Notes: generated from the sequence alone by a model not told the origin. A stretch of 64,000 nt of DNA from Asterias rubens (GCF_902459465.1 NC_047065.1:21080001-21144000); one strand, 5' to 3'; numbered from the stretch's first letter, positions 1 to 12,297 are shown. Numbers and translations: made by a program.

Positions 1-288
1 TGACAGATCGAAATTGGCCCTCTGGTGTTTACGGTTTACCAACGCCTACAAGTGGTTGCCCAACTGGAGTCATCTGGGAAACTGGTTCCCGTTATCAAGA
101 CACGGAAGACACATATCCGAATAACTACTGGTACCCATCCACTGGTATTCATCTCCTTGGACCGTATGAGGAGAACGACATGACACAGAACTTCTGCATG
201 AAGACATGTGATCATACGGACGAGGCTGAGGGTGACTGGCCGCAGGGGAGATACTGTGTGTTCAAGTACGGACCAAGCTGTCCAAAAA
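1..288 (+). CDS. Apextrin-like (ApeC domain) protein, penultimate coding exon; 5' part of the gene lies outside the window
   Basis: Frame 3 is open: TDRNWPSGVYGLPTPTSGCPTGVIWETGSRYQDTED...QNFCMK...WPQGRYCVFKYGPSCPK. This matches the ApeC pattern WPxGxYGLP..GCP, QDTED, WPxGxYC..CP. Donor A|GTAAG at 289 is phase 1. The exon may start at 7 (tgacAG|atc). The ORF track misses this exon. Confidence 0.88.
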
Positions 289-592
289 GTAAGGCTTGAT
301 TTCCTAAAGAACAACGGATCAAACACTGAATCAATCTTTGTATTGTTTTGTCTGTGCGTCGAAAGTTTCATGTTTTACTACACAGAGAAGACAATAAAAG
401 GTTGAATGCTGAAAAGTCCCCTTTTTCTGCAAGGCTGCCTCTGAATAACCCTTCCGTGTTCCAAAATCGTCTTCCTCCATTTCATGCTTTTAGTCTGACC
501 AATACCACTGTTTATTAAAAACCTGTGTATTAGTACACATTTTGTATTGAGAAAAGTAATAGAAAATAATGCTATTGTTACCCTTGTGACAG

Positions 593-984
593 TGATGTCG
601 TCTGGTTTCATCTTTTGGGATGACGAAGACAGCAACAACCACAATGACAAGCAAGGCACCGTACCATCAGGAGTGTACGACCAGGATACCCGTATCGACT
701 ACTGCTGCATGACCGATGGTGACGTATCCCAGCCGATCAGCTTGCCTACTCAGAATCCTTTCTACCTGTTCCCGTATAACTCGGAGCAGTGCCAGGCCGT
801 CCAATGCATGACTGCGACTCAGGAGTATTTTCGTTGGGACGAGCAAGACAGTCCAACAAGTATTCCAGTCAAATCTGGAGGATCCCATCCGTACCTCACA
901 GCGAGATCTTCGTATGTGTCGCCAAGAGACAACATTGTACACTACTGTTACTATCAAGCCACCGAATCCTTGATTTGCAAATAA
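593..984 (+). CDS. Apextrin-like (ApeC domain) protein, last coding exon
   Basis: Acceptor cccttgtgacAG at 591-592 is phase 1 and restores the frame (..CPK-M-MSSGFIFWDDEDSNNHN..GTVPSGVYDQDTRIDYCCMTDG..PISLPTQNPFYL..CQAV..HYCYY..*). WDDED, YCC and YCYY are ApeC hallmarks. Stop TAA at 982-984. Confidence 0.9.
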
Positions 985-1857
985 TGAATTTCCCCATGTT
1001 AGTTGGGATTTGTTGGACTGATATTCCTTGTATTTATTTGGGTGGTTTTAATTCCGTACGCGAAAATATTATTTCATTTCAAATCATATCTGCATTCACA
1101 ACAGTTCCGTCGTATGGTTTATTTGTAGTATGCGCACTATTTTGGCATTGTAAGATATTTTGTAGAGGAAGACTTTTTTTGCAAAGAATCTCGTAAGCGT
1201 TTTATTTAACTTAAAGCATTTCATTTCTGAGTTACCTATATGATTTGTATGTTGTAGACGTTTGGAATCTAATTAACAGCAGACGTTCTGAGTAACTAAA
1301 TATTGATCAGTCGGTAATTATAAAATCAGTTATATATTGAACCAGTGCACATTACTAACAACACCTGGCAAGTCTGCTTCCACCAATAAGCGTCATTAGG
1401 GTTACAATATTCAGACTGGATGTCTGTTGAATTGGTCAGGAGATAACTTCAGTTGCTGTTATATAACATCATTTGACCCAATTTGAAAAACACGTGTTTG
1501 TAGAGTACTCGTCTGGTGGAGTGTTGTTTTAATGATAGTGAAATGTGTTTTGTAACATTATGGGTGTCGCACGCGTGCACCATAATAATTATGCAAACAA
1601 TCACGTGCCAAGCTATTTATCATTTGACCATTAGCCCACGGTTACTTTTGAATAATCAATCAATCAAATCAATCAATCAGATTATTCCCCAAATCAACAA
1701 AAACTGTTTAGAGAGGCACATGTTATTGGGAACATCAACATTTCCCCCAGGTAGACTTGGTTTCAAGTCTGTAATCGTAGTTTTTAGTCGTCCTGATATA
1801 ACCACAGCCTATGTGGGTTGTGAATAAACCTCTGTTATCATAATGCGGGATTCTGCG

Positions 1858-2666
1858 TAGCTTGAACATCTGACGTCACACTTCGAGGATTGTCATTCAG
1901 CATTCCACTATGGGTGCGTTCGTTTAGCTTCCCTGGGTCGACCTCGGTGTGCTCATCCAAGTGGCGTATTTTATTTTTTCTAGGACGAACGTGGGCACTG
2001 ATAATTACCTCGCGTTCGTCCTGGAAAAGTCGCCTATTTTTTCAGGACGAACGTGTGCCTATATTTACCCACGTTCCACCTGGAATAAATATGCATCATC
2101 ACGTGACCCTTCTGGTGGTGACGTCAGTGCACCTCGGGTCAGTCCCCAAGTGCCCCGCTTGTGGATAGGGTCACTTGGGGGCTGACCCGAAGTACACTGA
2201 CGTCACCACCAGAACGGTCACGTGATAATGCGGGTTTTTTTTCCCAGGTGGAACGTGGGTAAATATCTGCACACGTTCGTCCTTAAAAAAAAAATAGGCG
2301 ACTTTTCCAGGACGAACGTGGGGTAATTATCAGTGCCCACATTCGTCCTGGAAAAAAAAATACGCTACTTTGATGAGCACACCGGGGTCGACCCAGGGAA
2401 GCTAATCGAACGCACCCATAGAGATACGCAGTCAAATTCTACTCCAACATACTTGGCCACAGACGTACGTGGACACAGCGTGCAGATGCCCGAAAGAATT
2501 GGCCGTCCGAGATGACCTCAGACCAATCAAAACAAACCCAGCTACGGTAGCTTTTAGTCACTGCATTTATCCAATGGTATAATTGTATCCAATGGAATCA
2601 CTGGATCTGAGTAGCAGATGCCAATTGTCTCTATCCTTGCGGATAAAGACAGGGGGGCCCAATCTA
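1858..2666. mobile_element. Non-autonomous DNA element 'family A' with a 9-bp TSD, interrupted by MITE B
   Basis: Short TIR TAGCTTG...CAATCTA. Perfect 9-bp direct repeat GATTCTGCG at 1849-1857 and 2667-2675. An uninterrupted homolog lies at 8550-8921. Superfamily not assigned. Confidence 0.75.
1912..2417. mobile_element. Fold-back MITE 'family B' (506 bp, near-perfect palindrome) with AT TSD, Harbinger/ISL2EU-like
   Basis: GGGTGCGTTCG...CGAACGCACCC; the arms are complementary almost to the centre. AT flanks both ends, and the family-A copy at about 8650 shows a single AT at the equivalent site. Confidence 0.85.
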
Positions 2667-3269
2667 GATTCTGCGTGGCTGATGCATAGAATAAACCGCA
2701 GTCTCAGACTTGAATTCAAGTCTATCCCCAAGGTTGTGTTAACCCCCCCCCCAATTACACAACATTAGCAGAAAGTCCATTCTACAAAAAAAAAATACTT
2801 TGCGTTTTGACGAGAACAGCATTTAGATTTGCCTGTTTTACATTGAAGTACATTGCGCTGACGGAGCCTAAATGACTACTTTTATATTTTTTCACAATGG
2901 GGCAACTCATTTTGTGTGACATAAAGTAAATAATTAATTGGTTTTCATATCAGGCATGCTCGTCGTTTACGCATTGGTTTGTACATGCACAAATTTACCT
3001 CATTCGCTAAGGAGTGGTGTTTTTCACTTTTTTACATTTAGGAGAGGAAGGTTCTGACGTAATTTTGCTTCTGGCCTTTTTTTTTTGTCCAGGGTGCTGA
3101 GTCTTTATCGGCTATTTCGTGAGTTTCGTCCGTTAGAGACGGCTCTACCAACGGTATGCAACACTCAGAGTTTTTAGATTAAGTTTGTTTCAACGTCCAG
3201 CCCTTTTTGTTGGCTGTCGATTTGTTGATTTTCCTCCACGCCCAAGGGCGGGTGTTGGTAAAAGTCGGA

Positions 3270-3310
3270 GGTCGGAGGTAGCCGGAGGTAGCCGGAGGTA
3301 GCCGGAGGTT
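3270..3310 (+). repeat. 10-bp tandem repeat (GGAGGTAGCC) in a CpG-rich patch
   Basis: gtcggaggtcggaggtagccggaggtagccggaggtagccggaggt. Confidence 0.85.
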
Positions 3311-3602
3311 GCGTTAATTGCGTGATATTTAATTTAGAAATATTACTTACACACTCAGAGTGAAGTTTGGAAGACTCTTATGCAGTTTACGGGGATTGTA
3401 ATTCAATTCTGTACCCATTGGGAGGGGGAAAACAGCCCCACGGTACGAACCGACTGGTCTGGCCCAAGGGCAGATTTAAATTGTCTGGAATTTGTTTTAA
3501 ATCTTTGGCCAGTCAAATAATGTGATTTTTTCCATTGACACTTGTACACTGATTCCGATCTGATCCTAAATTCTACGTTTCTCTTTATTAAAGTAATGAA
3601 AT

Positions 3603-3712
3603 AGAATTAGCTGTTGCAAACAACTTACCAACCAAATGGACCGAGAGTATAAATGCAAAAAATAGTTAAAGGCCTGACGTTTCGACCCTAGCAGAGTCTT
3701 TCTCGAAGGCTA
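3603..3712 (-). repeat. Dispersed ~110-bp repeat ending in a hammerhead-like hairpin motif (other copies ~35032-35128, ~51997-52103)
   Basis: All three copies share AGAATTAGCTGTTGCAAAC ... GGCCTGACGTTTCGACCCTAGCAGAGTCTTTCTCGAAGGC or a decayed version of it. Confidence 0.7.
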
Positions 3713-4427
3713 AATTCAAGTGTAACAAAAGATTAACTTGCTTGTTGCATGCCCTTCATTCCCTTGGCTCTTGTGCTTGTTGTAAACAAAAATATTTCTC
3801 TTTTGTATTGTTTTTTTTTCCCCCAACACTGGGCCGCCTGCTTCAATTTGTATTGTGAAAGTCATAAATAAAACCACAAAATAAACTCTTCTCCGGCGCC
3901 CTTCAACCAGTTTTAAAACCCTATAATTAATTCGGGAAAACTGGAATCAATTGCCTTGCTATAACACTTCTTTTTTAACATTGATTAATTTAAGTGATGA
4001 ACTCTTCGTTGCACACGAGAGAGGCACTGCTGGTTCAAAAATTACCAAATAGGCCAAGTCCAAGGAGAACACGGCCGGGCGGTGGGTGCGATGGTGGCTG
4101 TGGTGGTGGCTGCGGTGGTGGCTGCAAAGGCAAGACAAACTTTTCTGACCGTGCAGTTGGAAGGGCGCCACCAACTGACGACAGGAATTGTGAGTGGGTT
4201 ATGAATGCAAGTTCAAGCCGTGGTGCACTCTGCGATGCTGCAACGTTATTTAGGACATGTTTGTTGACAAAGATATGAACAATTCAACCGCCGCAGTGCT
4301 TTCTGCATGACTGCAAGCGCTTGTAAACAATTCCTCCATCGAATATTATACATTGTTTGTACTTGTTACAAAATGGTGTGACTTATATGCAGTAAACCCG
4401 AGTACATCCAGAGCAGAGATCAGGAAG

Positions 4428-4574
4428 ATGTCTCAAAACACGTACGGTGTAACAGGAGAAGATCAAAGCGACCAGAATGCACGGCTCACCAACAAGCACA
4501 TTAAAACTTTAAGCTTTCTGCAGGATGTTGCCAGGGAAAACAAAGAGTTAAGAGCTCGCCTTGACCAATTGGAG
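4428..4574 (+). CDS. Coiled-coil protein, coding exon 1 (49 aa)
   Basis: MSQNTYGVTGEDQSDQNARLTNKHIKTLSFLQDVARENKELRARLDQLE, then donor GAG|GTAC (phase 0). An upstream acceptor tatgcAG at 4391-4392 and an open frame mean the N-terminus could extend further. Confidence 0.8.
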
Positions 4575-4911
4575 GTACATGCATTGAACGAGACCGTGTG
4601 ATTAGGTTATTAGAAAAGGGGTCTTGAAAAATGGTGTTGAAAAAGGGTACGGCAGCTCGTCTTTACTTTAGTATTTTGTTTTCTTGATTGTTGTTGCTAT
4701 GCTATGCTAAGCTAAGCTAAGGAAGAAGGAAGGTTCTGCAGACTGAGACTGCAGTGTCATTGTCAATGTCATTGTCCAGCTGTCAGTCAGACTCGGACTA
4801 TAATCATCAGTCATTGTTGAATGAAATCAAACTGATATTTATTGATACTTATAAGTTAATAATATAAGTTATATATATTGATAATATAAGTTATAATATA
4901 TGGGATAACTA

Positions 4912-5042
4912 ACTTTCTGTATGGCGCCACCACCTTTTCACTAATTTTTACAAAAAGGGATATCTCATTTAGGTAAATAAGATAACTAGGCCTATAATTA
5001 TTTCATATCGAATGAAAAAAGTGTTAGCGCCATACGGAAACT
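4912..5042. mobile_element. Small MITE
   Basis: Inverted ends TTTC(T/C)GTATGGCGC ... GCGCCATACGGAAA. Confidence 0.55.
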
Positions 5043-5665
5043 TTTCCGTTATATAAGTATCATTGTAATCGTCACGAAGAAATAAAAAAATCTAGCCCTA
5101 TCAAAATTGACACGTAATCAAAACGGTTGGAGCCATCACTACTTATTTGGAGCCAACTGATTAAACCTACAGAACACGCAAGTTTTTGAAAATTATACCC
5201 GCACCAAACATCGCAAGTCCTTGAACAGCGTTCAATATGCAGCCTGATATACGTGTAATTTGTTGCAGTATTTAACACGACAATCAAGCAATCTGAATTT
5301 GAGGATTAAGAGTTGGATGATTGATGGGATTGACTTAATGCGGGAGTTGCTGGGATTTCTTTTCATTCCCCCTTCAAATGGATGCCTCAGTTGTATCCCA
5401 TCCCTGGGGTCAGATCAGGGGGTGACCTAGACCCAGTAACTGGGGCAGTTTTCCTTAAAGAAAATGTGTGATTTGTCTCTGGTCCTACTACATGATTAAA
5501 GAAATGAAAACAAATTAAAAGGGAGTACAGCGCCCCAGTCACTGGGTCTAGGGATACCCAGGCCTTGAACTTGGCTCTCTGAGGGGCGCGGCAGTTTCTG
5601 CAAATTTTAAGGGCCACTTTTAAGGGGCACTATGAGGGGATTGTATAGCCCTATGATGCATTTAA

Positions 5666-6051
5666 AGGAACATTACAGAATTGGTTTCTGTTAACAAAAC
5701 AGTTGCTGGCAATGTAAGCACTTTATGTAATCCACCATATACATAAACTGACAAACCCGTAGAAGTTTGAGATTGATCCGCCATCTAGGTCACGAGAAAA
5801 TAGTGAAAAAACAATTACAAATTTTGCATTGCATCAATGCCAAAATAAAAATGAATAAAACGCACAATGAGCGATAAACTCCAAATGCGAAGTTAGATTA
5901 TTTATTTCTCAGCAAATGTGACATTTCATACATAAATATTTCAAGGGATGTTTTCAACTACATGTATCATCGTCATTAGACCGTTTAAGTTGGATGTAAA
6001 TGATCTGTGTTCTTCACGATTTTTGTTTCTTACCAATTCTGTAACGTTCCT
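5666..6051. mobile_element. Kolobok-like MITE 'family F' (TTAA TSD)
   Basis: TTAA|AGGAACATTACAGAATTGG ... CCAATTCTGTAACGTTCCT|TTAA. An oppositely oriented relative lies at about 56660-57041. Confidence 0.8.
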
Positions 6052-6336
6052 TTAAAATGACGTCATTTAAGTAGGGCTCCCTCACCTAGAGGTCAGAAGG
6101 AGTTTGCTCATATTGGCCAATCCTGTGAACTGTGTTACTATAGTGTGTTTCCATCGTCTCTTCATCAGTTTATTCTTAGAGTGGCTTGATGGCATCATTG
6201 CATGGGCTGTTGGAACTTTGCAAAGGGCACCACAGCAAAATATTGGTCTATTAAAATACGAATAGAATAGAATATAATATAATTAAAGATGATACGTGTA
6301 AATTCAAACTCTTATATAATTTCCTTTAATTTGCAG

Positions 6337-6471
6337 GAGGAGTTGAGTCAGTGTGGAGAGCTGCATGCACTCGGTAACGATGCTAAGGAACGAATCAAGA
6401 AACTGCAGCAAGATTTCAACAGACGTCTGGATACCAACAATAGGACACTGACACAGAAACACAAAGATGAG
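6337..6471 (+). CDS. Coiled-coil protein, coding exon 2 (45 aa)
   Basis: Acceptor tttaatttgcAG and donor GAG|GTAAGG; 135 nt, phase 0-0. EELSQCGELHALGNDAKERIKKLQQDFNRRLDTNNRTLTQKHKDE. Confidence 0.88.
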
Positions 6472-6564
6472 GTAAGGGACATCAGTGATAAAACATTGCT
6501 TTCTATAAAAGCTATGTGTCATGTTTTTTTTTTGCAAGTCGCCAGACACACAAGGCCTGAAGGC

Positions 6565-6824
6565 CACTTCAAGGTGTGGGCTACAATTGTTTTTTTCCCA
6601 GAGGCCATTGCCACCTACTCCTAGGGCTGAAACAGGGTCACCCCTTTTCCCTACCATACGGATGTAGGCATGGGTATCATCAATCCGAAGCCTGGCCGGT
6701 AGAGCAGAAAGCACTACCTCCCCAATTTTACGTAGTAAGTGTCACGACCGGGATTCGAACCCACACTCTGCTGATCAAACACCAGAGCTTGAATCCGATG
6801 CTCTTAACCACTCGGCCATGGCAT
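6565..6824 (-). mobile_element. tRNA(Leu)-like SINE
   Basis: The minus strand reads TGGCCGAGTGGTTAAG (A box) ... GGATTCAAGCTCTGG ... GGGTTCGAATCCC (B box) with a long variable arm, then non-tRNA body. No acceptor stem. Confidence 0.7.
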
Positions 6825-6860
6825 GTTGTTTCTGATTGAGGTTCTACATTTTTTTTTCTT

Positions 6861-7082
6861 TTGGTAATTGTCAAAGACCAGTCGTCTCACTTGGTGCATC
6901 TCAACAGATGCCTAAAATAACAAACAAATTGGTCGTCAAAGTTGTGAGATATGAATGAAATAAAAAACACCCTTGTCACACGAATTGTGTGCTATGTTTT
7001 GTACTATCAAACTCTCCCCATTACGAAGTAAGGTTTTATGCTAATAATTGTTTTGAGTAGTTACTAATAGTGTCCACTGCCT
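6861..7082 (-). mobile_element. Kolobok-like MITE 'family C', internally deleted copy
   Basis: Ends AATAGTGTCCACTGCCT|TTAA. Internal blocks match the full copies at 17660 and 23734. Confidence 0.75.
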
Positions 7083-8549
7083 TTAATAATTTGTTTTGTC
7101 AGTGAAGCTCAGTTTCAGAAGCTGACTCGTAGACATTTTAAACAAATTTTGTATTTTTTCCCCCCTTTTTTTACTTCCCCAATTTGATTTCATGAGTATT
7201 TTCTGCTTACAAAATGGTAGATTTGACACAAATAATTGTTTTCGGTCGACTACTTACGGTCGACAATAATTATCCAGTGCAACAGTCGTAGTTGCAATGT
7301 TCACAAAAACGCAACGTACAATGTAGATCGATTTCCCTCACATGCACGGATAGGGCGAGCCTGTGTCACATATCAAACTACACGCCCGTTCATCTGACGT
7401 CACGATTTCACAAGGAACCAGTCTAACACTCCATTGAACAACAGAGGGCGCTGTTGCCGGCAATGCCCATATATGGTATCGCTTGTTTATTGACCGGACG
7501 AAAAACATGGTGAATGAAATGACTCTTGGAAATTGTTTTTGATGGAATTTTCTAAAATAAAGATGCAAAAAAATGTATTAATACCTTGCTTGTTTGACAA
7601 CTAGATCTTTCATGAAATGTTTATGCAGTTTTGGGCATTCTTTGACACCTGAAAAAAAAAATATATATAAAAAAAAAAAATCCTGACCGACCTACCCAAG
7701 CATAAAATCGGGTGAAAGGGCAATCCAACATATATTTTGTTTGTTTAGGGCCTCACTTAAGTGTATTTTTGTATGGTTCTGTTTCTGAAGCATAGTCAGA
7801 CCATTGGAAAGCCGTTATGTAACGGTCGTTCATCAACCCATGCCCAGTCAAACAGACAACATCCCAAAGAGAGATAAGGGCCTCATGACAGTGCAGTATG
7901 ACCCAGGAAGGCAAAATCTAACCTGCTTGTACTAGAGAAGATGATGAAGAAAAACTAAATCTTAGATGGGGAGGAAAAATCAAACAGAAAATTCTTATCA
8001 GGTTGGGACTGGAAACCCCCTAGTACTGTACGTGTTGGGAAAACAAACACAAACAAACAAGATTGAAAACCAGTGCATTGCTAAAAATGCAAGTCCCAGT
8101 TCGTGATTCATAACGGGGTCACAGATTAAAAAAATATATATATATAAAAAAATATAAAAAAATGGCAACTTAGTAATCATCATTATAATTTTAAAAAAAA
8201 ATTTATTTAAAGAATCTTATTATCCCAGAGAAAATCATGAGAAAATTTAAGAAAAAAAAAATTCTGGTTGTCTGTGAACTGAATTGCCCGAGGGAAGTGT
8301 TACTTGGCCCTTTAAGAATGTATTGGATCATTAAGGGAACTTGAGACGGATCAACAAAATGTAAATACTTCCTTTTTGTATCAAGGCTAGAAACCGCTGT
8401 GTATCCATGAAGGAAGGACATTTCCTTCCTCTATGGTGTATCAAGGAATTATAAACATGCAGCCATTATTGAGAGGTTCTGAGACCACTGGATGTGAAGT
8501 GAGCCCTCTGTTGTCCACCAAGAGAGAGAAATGTGTACTTAGTAAGCCA

Positions 8550-8921
8550 TAGCCTGAACATCTGACGTCACACTTCGAGGCTCGTGAATAATGCCAGAGA
8601 CCGGCCTCCAGCTTGCGTGTATCTTCACCTTTCACTTATATTCATTTCACATAGAGATACGCACAACTTCTACACCAACATTACATGCACAATATGCATG
8701 CACTGTACACACAAACATGTACATGGACACAGCATGCACGCTTTCCATATCTGTGTTTTGGTTGGTCGTCTGAGGTGACCTTGGACCAATCAAAACAAAC
8801 CCAGATACGGTAGCTTGCAGTCTATGCATTCCAATGATATCATTGTATCCAATGGAATCACTGGATCTGAGTAGCATGTACCTGTCTTCATCCTTGCGGA
8901 TACAGACAGGGGCCCAGTTTA
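8550..8921. mobile_element. Family A element, uninterrupted copy
   Basis: TAGCCTGAACATCTGACGTCACACTTCGAGG ... GACAGGGGCCCAGTTTA, colinear with 1858-2666. Flanks agtaagcca/actgaggca match at 6 of 9 (decayed TSD). Confidence 0.75.
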
Positions 8922-9343
8922 ACTGAGGCACTGAAATAAGCTTGATCTTCTGTAAATAGTGCCTTAGTGAATTGGTAAGGGGTAGGGAAGGAGTATTCAT
9001 GGGGGGGGGGCATTTGTATGGGGTGTGTAAAGTCAAGGCAAAAGGTTAACTTCAAGGTAGCATTATCATTTCTTTTTTACTTAGCCAGCAGGAAATCTTT
9101 GTATGTTATGAGAATTAAGGGCCTATTCAGAAAAAGGGTGGGGATGGTGGATAATTATTTATGACACTTCCCATTTTCATGTTTATAGTTTTACTTTGGA
9201 AATTTGTCTTTTAAGTTGTGAAGTTTTAGTTTTTCCAACCAAATTTTTCACCATCGCGTAAAGTAATGTATCCCTCACTGTGATTGCCTTAAATGATGGG
9301 TGCTTTCTTAGCAGGGAATTAGGGATCTTTAACCATGGACAAA

Positions 9344-9503
9344 CCGTGGGTGCCTTAAAGGTTGGAGGACTAAAATTTCATGTTGCCCTTGTCTTTGCCT
9401 TGGTGCCCCTTTAAAAGTTGCCGTAGTTTTTGAAAAATATTTTCCAATGGAACCGCCCTCTGCAAAATGAAAAGGCCCTCTCAAAGATGAAAATTCCAGG
9501 CCT
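9344..9503 (+). repeat. GC-rich CAGGCCTG-terminated repeat 'family I' (related copies ~13212-13395, 21368-21680, 22869-23200, 35254-35429, ~62640-62740)
   Basis: Shared blocks GGTGCCC(C/T)T, TTGCCCYTG and GCCCTCTCAAAGATGAAATTCCAGGCCTG. Confidence 0.65.
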
Positions 9504-12265
9504 GCTCTTGAATGTTTGCAAAACATGAGCCTGTCAAATTGTGACAGCAATTATTTTTAACTATTCTGAGACATCAGCTTGCGTTACCATTGACTTATAT
9601 TTTGTACAGTGTACATGTACAGTGTAAATGACCCATAACAATCAAGCACTGCACGGGCCAGGGGAGAAATTGACACACTTAAAAAAAAGACATTTGTAGA
9701 TCGATGGATCAAAAGTTTGGTAATGCAGAAAGGGGACATAGAAAAAGCCTTAAAAAATAAGAGTTGGTTGGCCTACTTATCGAGCAAACGACTGTGTTTA
9801 TCAACAACGGAACCCTTTCATCGAATGTATTGGTGAGGTCAAACAATAGAAACATGCGGGTGTGTAGACGCACCACGCGCATCTCGCATCCAGTGAATAT
9901 GTGCTAGTCAGTGAGGACGCACTGTTTGAGCTTGGAGGGTGAAGTCATAACAGTTAACAGTTCAGTTACGTCAACACGTAGACTTTCTCTTTTACAGTTC
10001 CTTATTTACACCAAAACAAGTGAAAACTAAAACGAAAAGTCTGAAGAGGGGGGGAGGGTGGAATGTTCGCACGACCATTATTGATGAAACAACAGATTAA
10101 AACAAAAAAATACTTATAAATGTAATTCTTTAAAGTAATCTCACCAAAATCTCAATATTTATAAATCAATTATTTAGTGTTTTGTCAGTGAAGAACAAAA
10201 AGTACCTGAGTTTGCCAGATCTGCAAAGAGTTACTAAATAAAGTAGTTATATAATGGGCAATCGTTTTGTTTTTTTGTTTTTTTTTTTAACAAAAAGTGT
10301 TCCCATGCTCTTGGCTATGCTCGTACGTGTAGGCATTACAAACTTTATCAATTAGTGTAAGCCAACTTGTTCGTATTATGTTTTTACATGACTTTGACAG
10401 TACTCGTAATACATGATGCCATGCATTTTTGTTCCCTATATTTTTAGTTGAAAGAGAAATGGCATGCATTCTCCCTGGAGAATTGTACACCGTTTTACAA
10501 ACTGCACAACATTTTACATGAAAATGTGCAAATTAGGTACTCAATTCATCCGAATAATTTTGAAGTAAAAACCAGTGTTTTGCCATGTGGTGTTTACCCA
10601 TCTAAACTTGAAAAAGTAGTGATGTGTTAGATAAATATGTCCCAACACTGAATAAATTTCTCTTAAATTATTCAATGTAATTTGAGAATTAGGCCACTAG
10701 AGCTAATATAATTACGCCTGTGTAATTCACCCTCTACAAGCAGTGTGTGTGTAGCTTAGATCCCTTCGTTGCCTTTAATATAGAGTACGTTGACTGGTGA
10801 AATTGGGTGATTCACCAAAACACTTACAAGCACAGCTGAAAAGTCAATACCACCTAGCATTGGCCTGCTGATTGCAGCCGATGGAGTCCCAATGAGGGGG
10901 GAAAATGGACATTGTACATCTCGACTGAAGGGTGCTCCAATCGGAGGGTCCGCGGGAGGGAGATCGGCGAGAAGATAGAAGGAGAACTTGAAAGGAAGAA
11001 GACAAAAATATTCAAGTCAATCATGAGATGTTTTTTTGTTTTTTTTTTGCATTTTGTTGACTCTGCAGTAATTGACAAGTGTTGACTCTGCCATTTCCTG
11101 TGCGTTCGTCTCTTGTTTGATTTCTGATTGGAGTGTAGTATGAGACGATTGGGTTCGGGTTTTGTGGGGGGGGGGGGGGTCGGCTCGAATGGGTGGGGCA
11201 AGGGTGGTCGGGAAAATGGAGACCCACCAAAGTCTAGTGCAGAACACCAGGTATCATGCCCAGTGATGAGCGTCAGTTTGAATCCTATAATTAGCAGTAG
11301 GTACAGCAATAACAACTACATGAACATCATAATTGACAAAAACATACTGTTAGTTAAAAAGTCAAATCCCTGTCTTGAGAAGCTTCTGTGTATTTCCTGA
11401 CCGTTTTTGCAGGACTCATAGTATCAACATCGAGGTACAGTGTACCTGAATGTTATCCAAATAGAGTCTTTATGCCGATGGCAATTATTACATCTCTTAA
11501 GGGTTGAGACGATTCATCGGGGAACGGTTTTTAACAATGTACAATCCACTTCCAAAATGCCTTAAATGTTAAACCAACAGCTTAAAAATAACAAACATAT
11601 AATACAAATTGGAATATTTTTTTTCTCAGAAGCACCAATATGCAAATTTTAATATTTTTTTAAATAAACCTACATGACTTTTTGTGAAGAAAAATTAATA
11701 AAAAGTTATTGATGAAAGTTATTAACTTTTAATTATTTGTTTGATCGACCTCAATTTGCGCGTATCACCCCACAATACTTGCATATCGGCGTGATATGCT
11801 AGAAAACTGTGTTGCTTTATTCTACTACAAAAGTACTGTCGCTTGGAAACAGTACAGAAGCAATGCTTCACACTTGTTTCTTTGTTGAAATCATAAAAGA
11901 ATTTGTTATAGTCAATCATGCTCTTAACAAAAAAAAAATTATATAGATGCATACTTTCTGTAAACCTATACTTATATCTCCTAAAAACTATATCTTCCTG
12001 AAAATACAAATCTAAAAAAAAATACAGACATTGAGGACGTCAATAAGAAATAAGTTGTTTGTTGAGTTGAATTGAAAAAAAGGAGAAAAGTTTACCACCC
12101 CCTCGCTGAAAGTTTCTTGCACAAAGCCCACGCCGTGATTGCAAACAAGCACTAGCCACACGAAAGTTGCCTACTACCCAAACCAAATGATTTCAAGTCC
12201 TGCAGCAAAAAACAAAAAGTCAATGTCTGTGCTCCTAGCTATACTCTCCAGAACAAGAGTAAGAT

Positions 12266-12297
12266 GAAGAAGAAGAAGAAGAAGAAGAAGAAGAAGG
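12266..12297 (+). repeat. (GAA)n microsatellite
   Basis: About ten GAA units. Confidence 0.95.

Noticed and set aside
3994-4278. ORF with GGGCDGGCGGGCGGGC (His/Pro-rich on the other strand), resembling a Cys/Gly-rich peptide
   Set aside because: It comes from a short 12-bp GGTGGTGGCTGY repeat. It starts at a non-ATG codon, has no signal peptide, and the rest is not protein-like. More likely promoter/UTR low-complexity sequence.
10854-11400. 153-aa minus-strand ORF with a hydrophobic N-terminus and Pro-rich part
   Set aside because: The Pro and Lys runs derive from G and T homopolymers. There is no recognisable domain or supporting splice sites.
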